Shown here piece by piece: positions 8,946 to 17,127 of a stretch of DNA of 24,000 nt (its first letter is position 1; each line of letters opens with the position of its first letter). Position numbers and translations under genes: made by a program. The notes under the pieces are model-generated. The model saw only the letters and a program-made list of their open reading frames with translations. It had not been told where the DNA came from and did not search any database. Source of the stretch: Firmicutes bacterium UBA6806 (GTDB lineage Bacteria > Bacillota > Clostridia > Peptostreptococcales > Acidaminobacteraceae); NCBI GenBank assembly GCA_002452745.1, contig DKFC01000003.1, positions 74,471 to 98,470 of the forward strand, read 5' to 3'.

Positions 8946-9590
8946 TCGCCTTTTTAGGGGCTGTAAAATGCGCACTCTCTATTGGACATGCGCATGGATG
9001 CATTTATGAATAAACTTAGAGGCAATCAACAAGGTTAATTCTGCGGCTTAGGTCTAGTAGGATTTCCCATAGGCTTACTGTTATGTCGCCAAAACAGCGG
9101 TTTCCCTTTAAATGCCTATTCATAGTGTCTCCAGCTATGAGACTAGACTACCACTTAGTCCACACTCCAATCCCTTATTGATCTTGTTACAACAGTCTAG
9201 GGGATTTCCCCGACAGGCAAACTAATTCCTAGCCTCTTTTGCAACACCGGTTTTGATTAGCAATGATGCCCCTCTATTGGCCAATAGAAGAACACCTGAA
9301 CTACCGTCCACCGCCATCACTCAAGGCAGGCTACTCTACACATAACCTTTCGACCAAATGTAGGTTTAATCTTGCACATGGCAAGTCTCCACAGATTGAG
9401 GGTCATTTTCTGCATGCCATTGCAGAATGCCCCCATTATCCTTACTCCCAGCACCAACCCGAAACTGGGCGTTTCAAGCAAGAACCAGGAACTTCATCGA
9501 TGTGCCCTTTAGCGGATTTTTAGCCCCGCCTTCAGAATTAGAAGCTCTGACTAGAATACTGCGCCTCCAAGTCAAACTCTATTTTAAAAC
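8946..9590 (-). ncRNA. ole: OLE (Ornate Large Extremophilic) RNA; ends approximate
   Basis: ~0.64 kb with no credible CDS between a DUF212 gene and oapA, inside the nusB-xseA-xseB-ispA / oapA-dxs-tlyA-argR-recN neighbourhood typical of OLE. Local hairpins (plus coordinates): 9078-9082/9093-9097, 9069-9074/9114-9119, 9121-9125/9135-9139, 9200-9203/9208-9211, palindrome 9273-9288, 9336-9340/9359-9363, 9371-9375/9381-9385, 9408-9414/9421-9427, 9447-9451/9465-9469, 8969-8974/8989-8994. Long-range pairing of RNA 5' GGGGCT-a-AAAAT (9527..9516) with 3' ATTTT-ac-AGCCCC (8969..8957) closes the structure. Confidence 0.88.
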
Positions 9591-10036
9591 TAGGAAATAA
9601 CTAAATTGGCTATAATAACGCCTAAAACAGCACCTACAGCCACCTCAGTCGGCTTATGGCCGACCAGTTCTTTCAAGCGTTCTTCCTGTAGATGCTTGAA
9701 TTCGTATAAATCCTTGATGATGTCATTTAAAAGTTTGGCTTGTTTTCCAACAGAACGCCGCACACCAGAAGCATCATACATCACAATGAAAGACATAATC
9801 AGTGCCAGTGCATACAACGGTGTGTCAAATCCCATAGTCAGACCGATGGAAGTTGAAGCCGCCATAATTGTAGACGTATGCGAACTCGGCATGCCACCAG
9901 AGCCGTGAAATCTCTCAAATTTAAACTCTCGCTCCAATAATAATGTAATCAGCACCTTTAAGGTTTGTGCCACCAACCAAGCCAGAACAGAGGCAAACAG
10001 CACTTTGTTCTGAGTCATTTGATATAACGAGTTCAT
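9590..10036 (-). CDS. Divergent PAP2 family membrane protein (DUF212, YuiD-like)
   Basis: 148 aa; FERFHGSGGMPSSHTSTIMAASTSIG, ALALIMSFIVMYDASGVRRSVGKQAKLLN, LKELVGHKPTEVAVGAVLGVI. Confidence 0.93.
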   Translation of the reverse strand: MNSLYQMTQNKVLFASVLAWLVAQTLKVLITLLLEREFKFERFHGSGGMPSSHTSTIMAASTSIGLTMGFDTPLYALALIMSFIVMYDASGVRRSVGKQAKLLNDIIKDLYEFKHLQEERLKELVGHKPTEVAVGAVLGVIIANLVIS

Positions 10037-10129
10037 TTCCCACCTATTTCCTATTTTATGGTTTAACTCTCTCTAAAGATCATAGGAGTTATTTGTATTA
10101 TTTATATTTAAATTATAACATTAAATGCT

Positions 10130-11008
10130 CTAATAGTCTCTATTTGCTAAAAATCTAACCGTTTCCAGCAAAAATTCGGACTTGATATCCAACGATTTGA
10201 TACCCGTTACAATTTGATGTTCTAATTTTCGAATTCTATGTTGTGTTTCATCCAGTCCAAGGAGCATTGGATAAGTCATTTTATCGTTCTTAATGTCCAT
10301 TTGAGTACGCTTTCCCAACTTTTCAACACTTCCAATAATGTCGAGGAGGTCGTCCACCACTTGAAACAAAAGTCCCATGTCTTCTGCCACACGTTCCACA
10401 ATCTCCAATTGCGACTGCGAGGCACCGCCTAAAGTCGCACCACTTACCATAGCTGCCTTTATGAGCTTTCCCGTCTTGTGTTTGTTGATAAAGTCAAGCG
10501 TCTTTACATCCATCTCATCACTTTGATACTTGATATCCGCAACTTGTCCAAGAATCATGCCCTCTGCCCCAGATGCTTTAGAAATTTCACGCATGGCCCT
10601 CAGTCCTGTGTCTCTGTTCTCCGATTTAAGCACATTTTCAAGCATGATTTCAAAGGCCTTATTCAGAAGCCCGTCACCAGCCAAAACGGCCATATCATAT
10701 CCGAAAACCACATGATTGGTTGGCTTGCCCCGTCTGAGGTCATCATCGTCCATACAGGGTAAATCGTCGTGGATCAGTGAGTACGTGTGAATCATCTCTA
10801 TGCCCGCAGCAAAGTCGATTGCATCATCAAAGTTTCCGCCAAACGCCTCGCACATCTCAAGCAATAAAAGTGGACGGATTCGCTTTCCACCAGCTTTCAA
10901 GCTGTAGAGCATTGCCTCATTTATCATGGACTGCGCATTTGAGCGGCTCTCAAAATAACAGTCAAGGGAACCCTCGAATCGGTCTATTCTATCTTGATAT
11001 TTGTTCAT
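10130..11008 (-). CDS. ispA: Farnesyl/geranyl diphosphate synthase
   Basis: 292 aa; GGKRIRPLLLLEMCEAFGG, IHTYSLIHDDLPCMDDDDLRRGKPTNH (DDxxD), GLLFQVVDDLLDIIG. Confidence 0.97.
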   Translation of the reverse strand: MNKYQDRIDRFEGSLDCYFESRSNAQSMINEAMLYSLKAGGKRIRPLLLLEMCEAFGGNFDDAIDFAAGIEMIHTYSLIHDDLPCMDDDDLRRGKPTNHVVFGYDMAVLAGDGLLNKAFEIMLENVLKSENRDTGLRAMREISKASGAEGMILGQVADIKYQSDEMDVKTLDFINKHKTGKLIKAAMVSGATLGGASQSQLEIVERVAEDMGLLFQVVDDLLDIIGSVEKLGKRTQMDIKNDKMTYPMLLGLDETQHRIRKLEHQIVTGIKSLDIKSEFLLETVRFLANRDY

Positions 11009-11017
11009 GATATCTCC

Positions 11018-11257
11018 CTAGGATTTGCGGCTCTCCATGATATCCACTTCCTTAATTGCATAATCATCTTCCAAAATCATCTTTATTCTGGTCTCTGTAT
11101 CTTTAAGAAGTTCAAAACACTCTCTATAGACGCGAATACCTTCTTCAAAATGCTTTAGCATCTCTTCCAAAGTTTCATCTCCTCGTTCCAGAGTGTTTGA
11201 GATTTCATTGAGTCTGCCTATTTTTTGTTCAAATGTCTCTATTTTCTTGCCAGCCAT
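11018..11257 (-). CDS. xseB: Exodeoxyribonuclease VII small subunit
   Basis: Track ORF extends to 11284; likely start is Met10 (MAGKKIETFEQKIGRLNEISNTLERGDETLEEMLKHFEEGIRVYREC) at 11257. Typical XseB pattern next to xseA. Confidence 0.93.
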   Translation of the reverse strand: MAGKKIETFEQKIGRLNEISNTLERGDETLEEMLKHFEEGIRVYRECFELLKDTETRIKMILEDDYAIKEVDIMESRKS

Positions 11258-11329
11258 GTTTTTCACTCCTTTACATTTTACCAAATTCGCCTTGTATTAC
11301 AATCACTTTGGTATGACTTTAACGCTTTT

Positions 11330-12535
11330 TTAATCTTTCACCACTTTTTGGACGGTGGTTTCCACACTGCCATCGGATACTGCCACCGTCAGTGCATCAC
11401 CTTTGGCAAGTCCTTCCACGGATTTTACCACCTTGCCATTTTGTTTCACTATACTATACCCTCTTTGCATAGTGGCTAACGGGCTAAGTGAATTAATTTT
11501 ATCCCCAGAGGCTTCCAGAATGAGTCTGGAGGTCTCCACTTTCCTTGACACGGAAGCAACAAGTCGATTTTTATCTCGCTCGATCTCATTTTGAGCAATT
11601 TCGATTCGGTGGGTCAGCTTGTCCTTCAGTTTAAGTGGAGAAGCTGACTCTAACTGATATTTATAGCGTTCGAGCTGACTCATCATCTGTTTTTGAATTC
11701 GCAGCATCTGTTGTTCCAATAAAAGTGCCAGTTCATCTTTTGACTTGATGGCGATTTCAGCAGCTGCCGAAGGCGTCGGCGCTCTAAAGTCAGACACAAA
11801 ATCTGAAATTGTGAAATCCGTTTCATGCCCCACGCCAGAGATCACTGGAATTTTAGAACCGTGAATAGCCCTTGCAACAACTTCTTCATTAAACGCCCAC
11901 AATTCTTCGATCGAGCCGCCTCCCCTCGATAAAATCAGCAAGTCTACTGGTCTTTTCGAGTTAAAAAAATCAATACCCATGACGATTTCACCTGCGGCGT
12001 ATTCTCCCTGCACCCTCACAGGATAAAGCAATATGCTGGACAAATTTGATCTTCTAGTGGCCACGGAGATGATATCCTGAATTGCCGCTCCTGTGGGCGA
12101 TGTGATAATGCCGATGGTCTGTGGGTACTTTGGAATTTCCTTCTTATGGATCTCATCAAAGAGCCCTTCTGACTCAAGTTTTTTCTTCAGAGCTTCAAAT
12201 CTGACGTGTAGCTCTCCAAGCCCTGCAAATTCAATTTTCTGTGCATATAACTGATATCTTCCATCTCTTTCATAGATGGAAATAGATCCGTGAATTCTGA
12301 CTTTATCACCGTTTTTAGGAATGCGTTCAAGCATTTGTACATATTGTGAAAACATCATGCAACTCATCTTGCTGTCGTCATCCTTAATTGAAAAATACGC
12401 ATGTCCACTGGAATGCAATGTGAAATTTGAAATTTCACCTTCTATGAGAAGCTGATTTAAAATGGGGTCTGCTCCGATTAGCTTTTTAATGTACTTGGTG
12501 ATTTCCGATACGGAAAAAGCCCTCATTTTCAGCAT
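11330..12535 (-). CDS. xseA: Exodeoxyribonuclease VII large subunit
   Basis: 401 aa; FSVSEITKYIKKLIGADPILNQLLIEGEISNF, GIITSPTGAAIQDII, DLLILSRGGGSIEELWAFNEE, VISGVGHETDFTISDFVSDFRAPTPSAAAE. Confidence 0.97.
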   Translation of the reverse strand: MLKMRAFSVSEITKYIKKLIGADPILNQLLIEGEISNFTLHSSGHAYFSIKDDDSKMSCMMFSQYVQMLERIPKNGDKVRIHGSISIYERDGRYQLYAQKIEFAGLGELHVRFEALKKKLESEGLFDEIHKKEIPKYPQTIGIITSPTGAAIQDIISVATRRSNLSSILLYPVRVQGEYAAGEIVMGIDFFNSKRPVDLLILSRGGGSIEELWAFNEEVVARAIHGSKIPVISGVGHETDFTISDFVSDFRAPTPSAAAEIAIKSKDELALLLEQQMLRIQKQMMSQLERYKYQLESASPLKLKDKLTHRIEIAQNEIERDKNRLVASVSRKVETSRLILEASGDKINSLSPLATMQRGYSIVKQNGKVVKSVEGLAKGDALTVAVSDGSVETTVQKVVKD

Positions 12536-13470
12536 GATTTTCCTCCCTTACCTCTGACGAATTGACCTGCTCCAAGAAGCGCAACGCCATAGGCGTTATC
12601 CCTTGCATAATCTGGCTTTGCAAAATAGAGTTCGCTTCTCGTCTTCGTCAGCATTTGTCTTATGATGGAATTTGATGCAACACCACCTGATATAATGACG
12701 GGAATAGGTTCCACGAACTGTTTCGTCCATTTGACTAAAATCTTACCCACTGTGTTGAACATTTCTTTGGCGATGTCTTCGTTTGGCTCTTTTCCTATTT
12801 TGGCGCTAAAATAGTTTTCAAGTCCAGAGATGTTAAACGTCATTTTATCAACCTTCACTGGTTTATAACTTTGACAATCGCTTTTTGACGCCAACTCATC
12901 AAGGGCTTTCCCAGCGGGGAAGGCAAACCCCATCTTCACACCAATCCGGTCAATCAATTGCCCGAAGTTCAGGTCAAGGGTCTCACCGATGAGCTGTACG
13001 TGAAACTTCATATCCTGATAATCCACCACTAAGCATTCGGTTGTGCCGCCTGAGAGGTGAAGCCCGTAAAAACGATCAGGAAAACTATTGATCCCAGAAG
13101 TTGCAAGGGCGGCCATTAAATGCCCCTCTTGATGAGAAACTTCATAGAGCGGAATTTTTAGCGAATTAGACAGATTTTTAGCAAATAAATACCCTGCTCC
13201 GAACACAGGCATATAAGATCCTTCCACATTTCGAGGTCTAGTGCTCACAGCAATTGCAACTATTTTTTCCACATCAAAAATAGCGGTAAGCGCTTCAAAG
13301 CTATCCGCTAATTGGTGAACATGTTGAAAAAATCCATCTGACTGCCTGAGGCCTTTGCTTCCCTCTTTGACTTTTAATAAGACATTTTTTTCGAATTGAA
13401 TCTCCGATGATCCAGCATCCACCAGAATCATCGATGTCGTGTAGCAGCTTGTATCTATTCCCAGTATCAT
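12529..13470 (-). CDS. TsaD/Kae1-like (O-sialoglycoprotein endopeptidase family) paralog
   Basis: 313 aa; MILGIDTSCYTTSMILV (versus ETSCDETA in canonical TsaD), HQEGH metal motif, GLHLSGGTTECLV, PVIISGGVASNSIIRQML, ARDNAYGVALLG. Confidence 0.88.
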   Translation of the reverse strand: MILGIDTSCYTTSMILVDAGSSEIQFEKNVLLKVKEGSKGLRQSDGFFQHVHQLADSFEALTAIFDVEKIVAIAVSTRPRNVEGSYMPVFGAGYLFAKNLSNSLKIPLYEVSHQEGHLMAALATSGINSFPDRFYGLHLSGGTTECLVVDYQDMKFHVQLIGETLDLNFGQLIDRIGVKMGFAFPAGKALDELASKSDCQSYKPVKVDKMTFNISGLENYFSAKIGKEPNEDIAKEMFNTVGKILVKWTKQFVEPIPVIISGGVASNSIIRQMLTKTRSELYFAKPDYARDNAYGVALLGAGQFVRGKGGKSC

Positions 13471-13868
13471 TTTTCTTCCGCCTGTATAAAGTGCTTTAGC
13501 ACACCGTTTATGAATTTGCCCGATTTTTCATCGACATACTTTTTAGACATATTAATGGCCTCATTCACAGATACTTTGCCTGGAATTGAAGACATGAAAT
13601 TCATTTCAGTGACTGCCAGTCTCAAAATGGAAAGATCCACTTTGCCCACCCGCTCAATTGTCCAGTTTTTCAAAAGTGGTGAAATTTGTGAATCCACAGT
13701 TTCTCTGTTTTCAATAAAGGCATCCATCACTTCAAAGATATAAGCCTCGTCTGATTCCTCTTCGTACTGTGCTACCATTTTTCTTGAAAACTCTTTGCTA
13801 AAATCGTTTTGAATTGCCATTTGATACATGACTTCCATTGCGATTTCACGACTTCTACTTCTGTTCAT
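13467..13868 (-). CDS. nusB: Transcription antitermination factor NusB
   Basis: 133 aa; MNRSRSREIAMEVMYQMAIQNDF, WTIERVGKVDLSILRLAVTEM, VSVNEAINMSKKYVDEKSGKFINGVL. Confidence 0.96.
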   Translation of the reverse strand: MNRSRSREIAMEVMYQMAIQNDFSKEFSRKMVAQYEEESDEAYIFEVMDAFIENRETVDSQISPLLKNWTIERVGKVDLSILRLAVTEMNFMSSIPGKVSVNEAINMSKKYVDEKSGKFINGVLKHFIQAEEK

Positions 13869-13927
13869 ATGCGCCTCCTAATTTCTAAGTTCCTGCACTG
13901 TGAATTCCGCATATCACAGACAGCATA

Positions 13928-13957
13928 AACCCGGATTATCGAGAAACAATCCGGGTT
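13928..13957 (-). terminator. Perfect 10-bp stem hairpin between asp23-like gene and nusB (terminator or processing/attenuation hairpin)
   Basis: AACCCGGATT-ATCGAGAAAC-AATCCGGGTT; no U-run follows on the minus strand, so termination is uncertain. Confidence 0.4.
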
Positions 13958-13998
13958 AAATCTTGCGAAGCTGTACTTCGGATTATTTGAATAAACAG

Positions 13999-14382
13999 CT
14001 ATTTTTTAATACCGTCTTTTTCTACTTTAGTATTGATGCCGACAACATTGACATTGACCGCCACCACTTCTAAACCCGTCATGGATTCAATAGCAAGTTT
14101 CACATTTTCCTGAACTTGCTTCGCCGTTTCCTGAATTTTAGTTCCGTAATCTATAATGACACTTAGTTCAACCAACACGACATTGTTGTTCATCTCAATA
14201 TGAATTCCCTTGTTGAAATTCTTCTTGCCAATCATTTCTAGGACATCATCTTGAAACGTTCCACTAAGCGCTTTTATCCCTTGTATTTCAGACGCAGCAA
14301 TTGAAGAGATTACCCCGATCACATCGTCCGCTATGTTAACCGTTCCGTGTTTATATGAATCTATAACTGTATTTTCAGCCAT
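13999..14382 (-). CDS. Asp23/Gls24 family envelope stress response protein (YqhY-like)
   Basis: 127 aa; GTVNIADDVIGVISSIAASEIQGIKAL, NVVLVELSVIIDYGTKIQETAKQVQENVKLAIESMTGLEVVAVNVNVVGI. Confidence 0.94.
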   Translation of the reverse strand: MAENTVIDSYKHGTVNIADDVIGVISSIAASEIQGIKALSGTFQDDVLEMIGKKNFNKGIHIEMNNNVVLVELSVIIDYGTKIQETAKQVQENVKLAIESMTGLEVVAVNVNVVGINTKVEKDGIKK

Positions 14383-14479
14383 TATATTGCCTCCTGTTCT
14401 CTATCTATCAAGTGAAATAACGCACATTTTGATAGATTCATTATAGCAAAGATACCTTTTAAATACAATGTAAAAGCAG

Positions 14480-14519
14480 AAATACGGGGATTTCAGAATC
14501 CTGAAAAATCCCCGTATTT
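14480..14519 (-). terminator. Strong intrinsic terminator downstream of CD1247-like gene
   Basis: Perfect 14-bp inverted repeat AAATACGGGGATTT ... AAATCCCCGTATTT, extendable by TTCAG/CTGAA; minus strand continues TTTCTGCTTTTA; 15 nt after the stop codon. Confidence 0.8.
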
Positions 14520-14534
14520 GAGTTCATACATAGG

Positions 14535-14963
14535 CTATTCTTTTTCTTCACAATCACAATCGCATGTCGCTTCGCCACAGCAATCGCACTCATCGGAAAA
14601 TTCAATAATCAAGCCGCAATTTGGACATTCCACTTCTTCACCTTTGTCGATCAATTGACCATCAACAAAGAGTAATTCCCCACAATCAGGACATTCCACT
14701 TCCTCGAAATCATCTTCGAGTTCGTATATGTCGTCTTCGAGTTCTGCTAGATCTTCATCAACTGCTTCAATATAATCATCTAACTCCATTAAAGATTCGC
14801 TGACTTCGTCCAGTTCTTCATATACTTCTTCCATTTCCTCTGCAAATTCCTCTAATATCTCAATGATATTGAGCAGTAATTTGCCTTCCTTGGTTGAGTC
14901 ATTGATTTCCATGCCATCGGCCAACCCTTTAAGATACGATACTCTTTCATACATATAGCTCAT
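14535..14963 (-). CDS. CD1247-like acidic coiled-coil protein with zinc-ribbon and Cys-rich tail
   Basis: 142 aa; MYERVSYLKGLADGMEI, very Glu/Asp-rich centre, ECPDCGELLFVDG...ECPNCGLIIEF, tail CDCCGEATCDCDCEEKE. Confidence 0.8.
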   Translation of the reverse strand: MSYMYERVSYLKGLADGMEINDSTKEGKLLLNIIEILEEFAEEMEEVYEELDEVSESLMELDDYIEAVDEDLAELEDDIYELEDDFEEVECPDCGELLFVDGQLIDKGEEVECPNCGLIIEFSDECDCCGEATCDCDCEEKE

Positions 14964-15021
14964 GCGTTTTCCCTCCTTCAGTGGGTGTAATTTATTAAAA
15001 CAGCTTAAGCTGATTTAACCA

Positions 15022-15579
15022 TTATGCTCTAGATAGGTACTCGCCGGTTCTAGTATCAATTTTAATCTTATCACCTTCATTAACGAAAGCTGGAACGTTG
15101 ATTTCAGCACCTGTTTCTACAATTGCCTTCTTCGTTACGTTTGTTGCTGTATCGCCTTTAACACCTGGTTCTGATTCAGTTACAACCAAAATTACAAAGT
15201 TAGGCGGTTCAACTTGGAAACAGCTTCCCTTGTAAAATTTAAGGGTTGCGTTGTCATTTTCCTTGATGTAGAGAATCGCATCTTCAACTTGCTCTTGTGA
15301 CAATGGAATTTGATCATAAGTTTCATTGTCCATGAAATAGTAAAGATCGCCTTCGTTGTAAAGATACTGCATTTCTTTTGTTTCGATGTGCGCTCTTGGA
15401 AACTTTTCAGATGGATTGAATGCTTGCTCTCTGATGGTTCCGTTGATTAAGCTCTTGTATTTAGTTCTAACGAAAGCTGCTCCCTTACCTGGTTTAACAT
15501 GTTGAAAATCCACTACTACAAACGGTTCGCCATTTATTTCAAACGTCACACCTTTTCTGAATTCACTTGCAGAAATCAT
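15022..15579 (-). CDS. efp: Elongation factor P
   Basis: 185 aa; [44 protein letters not shown]-terminal [24 protein letters not shown]. Confidence 0.98.
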   Translation of the reverse strand: MISASEFRKGVTFEINGEPFVVVDFQHVKPGKGAAFVRTKYKSLINGTIREQAFNPSEKFPRAHIETKEMQYLYNEGDLYYFMDNETYDQIPLSQEQVEDAILYIKENDNATLKFYKGSCFQVEPPNFVILVVTESEPGVKGDTATNVTKKAIVETGAEINVPAFVNEGDKIKIDTRTGEYLSRA

Positions 15580-15607
15580 TTCCTACCTCCAAATAATTAA
15601 ATATTGT

Positions 15608-16675
15608 TTATATTTCTATAAGATGTTCAGGCGCCTTCGTCAAACGCTCATATCCATCTTCAGTTACGATAATCATGTCCTCTACTCGAACACCGCCAAA
15701 TTTTTCAATATACACCCCTGGCTCTATTGCAAGTACCATTCCCGATTGAAGTACATCCGGGCTGTCTTCCGTCAACCTAGGCAATTCGTGAACTTCAAAA
15801 CCAACACCATGTCCCAAACCGTGTTTGAAATAAGGTCCATAGCCACTTAATTTGATAATCTTCCTCGCGGCTTCATCTACATGCTTTGCCAGCGTTTGGG
15901 GTTTCACAGCGTCAATTGCAGCTTGCTGAGCATCACTTATAAGACTATAGAGATGCCGCTGCTTCTCAGATGATTTCCCCATGACAATGGTCCTCGTAAT
16001 ATCAGAACAATATCCATTATATATACAACCATAATCCAATGTCAAGAAATCTCCGTCACCTATGATTTTATCAGATGGGAGGCCGTGTGGCAATGCCGAT
16101 CTGCTGCCTGAGACAATTATCGTTTTAAATGCAGTGTTTTCAGCCCCTTTATGTCTCATCACCCGTTCCACTTCTTCTTTGACATCGCGTTCAGTCATGC
16201 CTATTTTAACAAAATTTAGGATTTCAAGAAATGTACTTTCGGCAATCTCTGCTGATTTCCGAACTGCCTCTATGGCGTCTGAGGACTTAACAGCTCTAAA
16301 GGACTCCACAAAATTTAAAATAGACACCATCTCAATATCTCTGTAGTTGGACACCATAAAGTCGTATTGGTGAAACGTCATGTGCATCGGTTCAAACCCA
16401 AGTCGTTTAATGCCACCTGATAAAATTAGGTTGTAAAGGGTTCTTCCCCCCTGTATTGGAACGATGTCAAACCCGGTCATAAGCTCTGTCTTAGCCTGTT
16501 TTGCCTCATCGTAATACCTCGAGTCAACCAGAAGATGCCGTTTGCTTCTGGAAAACAAAATCATTGCCGACGATCCGCTAAAGCCACATATGTACTTGAT
16601 ATTCACAGGGTTTGTGACTAGAAAACCATCAATTCCATGTGTCGCAAGTTTAGTTGTCAGCACTTCACTCAGCAT
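15608..16675 (-). CDS. M24 family Xaa-Pro (aminopeptidase/dipeptidase)
   Basis: Track ORF 15608..16699; likely start at Met9. LTLDYGCIYNGYCSDITRTIVMG, FKHGLGHGVGFEVHELPRLTED, GMVLAIEPGVYIEKFGGVRVEDMIIVTEDG. Confidence 0.94.
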   Translation of the reverse strand: MLSEVLTTKLATHGIDGFLVTNPVNIKYICGFSGSSAMILFSRSKRHLLVDSRYYDEAKQAKTELMTGFDIVPIQGGRTLYNLILSGGIKRLGFEPMHMTFHQYDFMVSNYRDIEMVSILNFVESFRAVKSSDAIEAVRKSAEIAESTFLEILNFVKIGMTERDVKEEVERVMRHKGAENTAFKTIIVSGSRSALPHGLPSDKIIGDGDFLTLDYGCIYNGYCSDITRTIVMGKSSEKQRHLYSLISDAQQAAIDAVKPQTLAKHVDEAARKIIKLSGYGPYFKHGLGHGVGFEVHELPRLTEDSPDVLQSGMVLAIEPGVYIEKFGGVRVEDMIIVTEDGYERLTKAPEHLIEI

Positions 16676-17102
16676 GTTTTGCCTCAACGAGAAAATCAAG
16701 TGCTTTGAAATAACTCATTTCTTTGAGACCATAAATTTGTTCGATACACACTGGCGCCGTCACTGAAATACTTCTAAAGGACTCGCGATTTTTTATATCT
16801 GAAAGATGCGCCTCCACAAATGGCACGGAGACACTTTCAATAGCATCTCGTATGGCATAACTGTAATGTGTAAACGCCCCTGGATTGATTACGACACCCT
16901 CATACTGATCCTCACAGGTGTGAATCACATCAATAATCGCCCCTTCGTGGTTTGACTGAAAAAATTCAACCTCTACCTTTAAGGCCTTTGCATGTGCTCT
17001 AATCATCTCCATAAGATCGTCCAGCGTCATTGTTCCATAATGCTCCGCCTTTCGCTTTCCAAGTCGGTTGAGGTTGGGGCCGTTTATAACCAGTATCTTC
17101 AT
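16665..17102 (-). CDS. aroQ: Type II 3-dehydroquinate dehydratase
   Basis: ORF to 17126; likely start is Met9 (MKILVINGPNLNRLGKRKAEHYG). EFFQSNHEGAIIDVIH, GVVINPGAFTHYSYAIRDAI, VEAHLSDIKNRESFR. Confidence 0.96.
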   Translation of the reverse strand: MKILVINGPNLNRLGKRKAEHYGTMTLDDLMEMIRAHAKALKVEVEFFQSNHEGAIIDVIHTCEDQYEGVVINPGAFTHYSYAIRDAIESVSVPFVEAHLSDIKNRESFRSISVTAPVCIEQIYGLKEMSYFKALDFLVEAKHAE

Positions 17103-17127
17103 GTGTCCTCCTGCTCCTATGCTCACT

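Noticed and set aside
8911-9003. N-terminal 31-codon extension of the oapA ORF (MHPCACPIESAHFTAPKKARIHENSEESGEN)
   Set aside because: Overlaps the structured OLE 3' end; the composition looks non-coding and a better SD/start (GGGGG...TTG at 8910) exists downstream.
8803-9009. 68-aa plus-strand ORF overlapping the oapA start and OLE 3' end
   Set aside because: Antisense to a supported CDS and RNA; no protein family features.
9263-9523. 86-aa plus-strand ORF (MMPLYWPIEEHLNYRPPP...)
   Set aside because: Lies entirely antisense to the OLE RNA candidate, with no recognisable domain, low-complexity proline/histidine content, and opposite to every supported gene.
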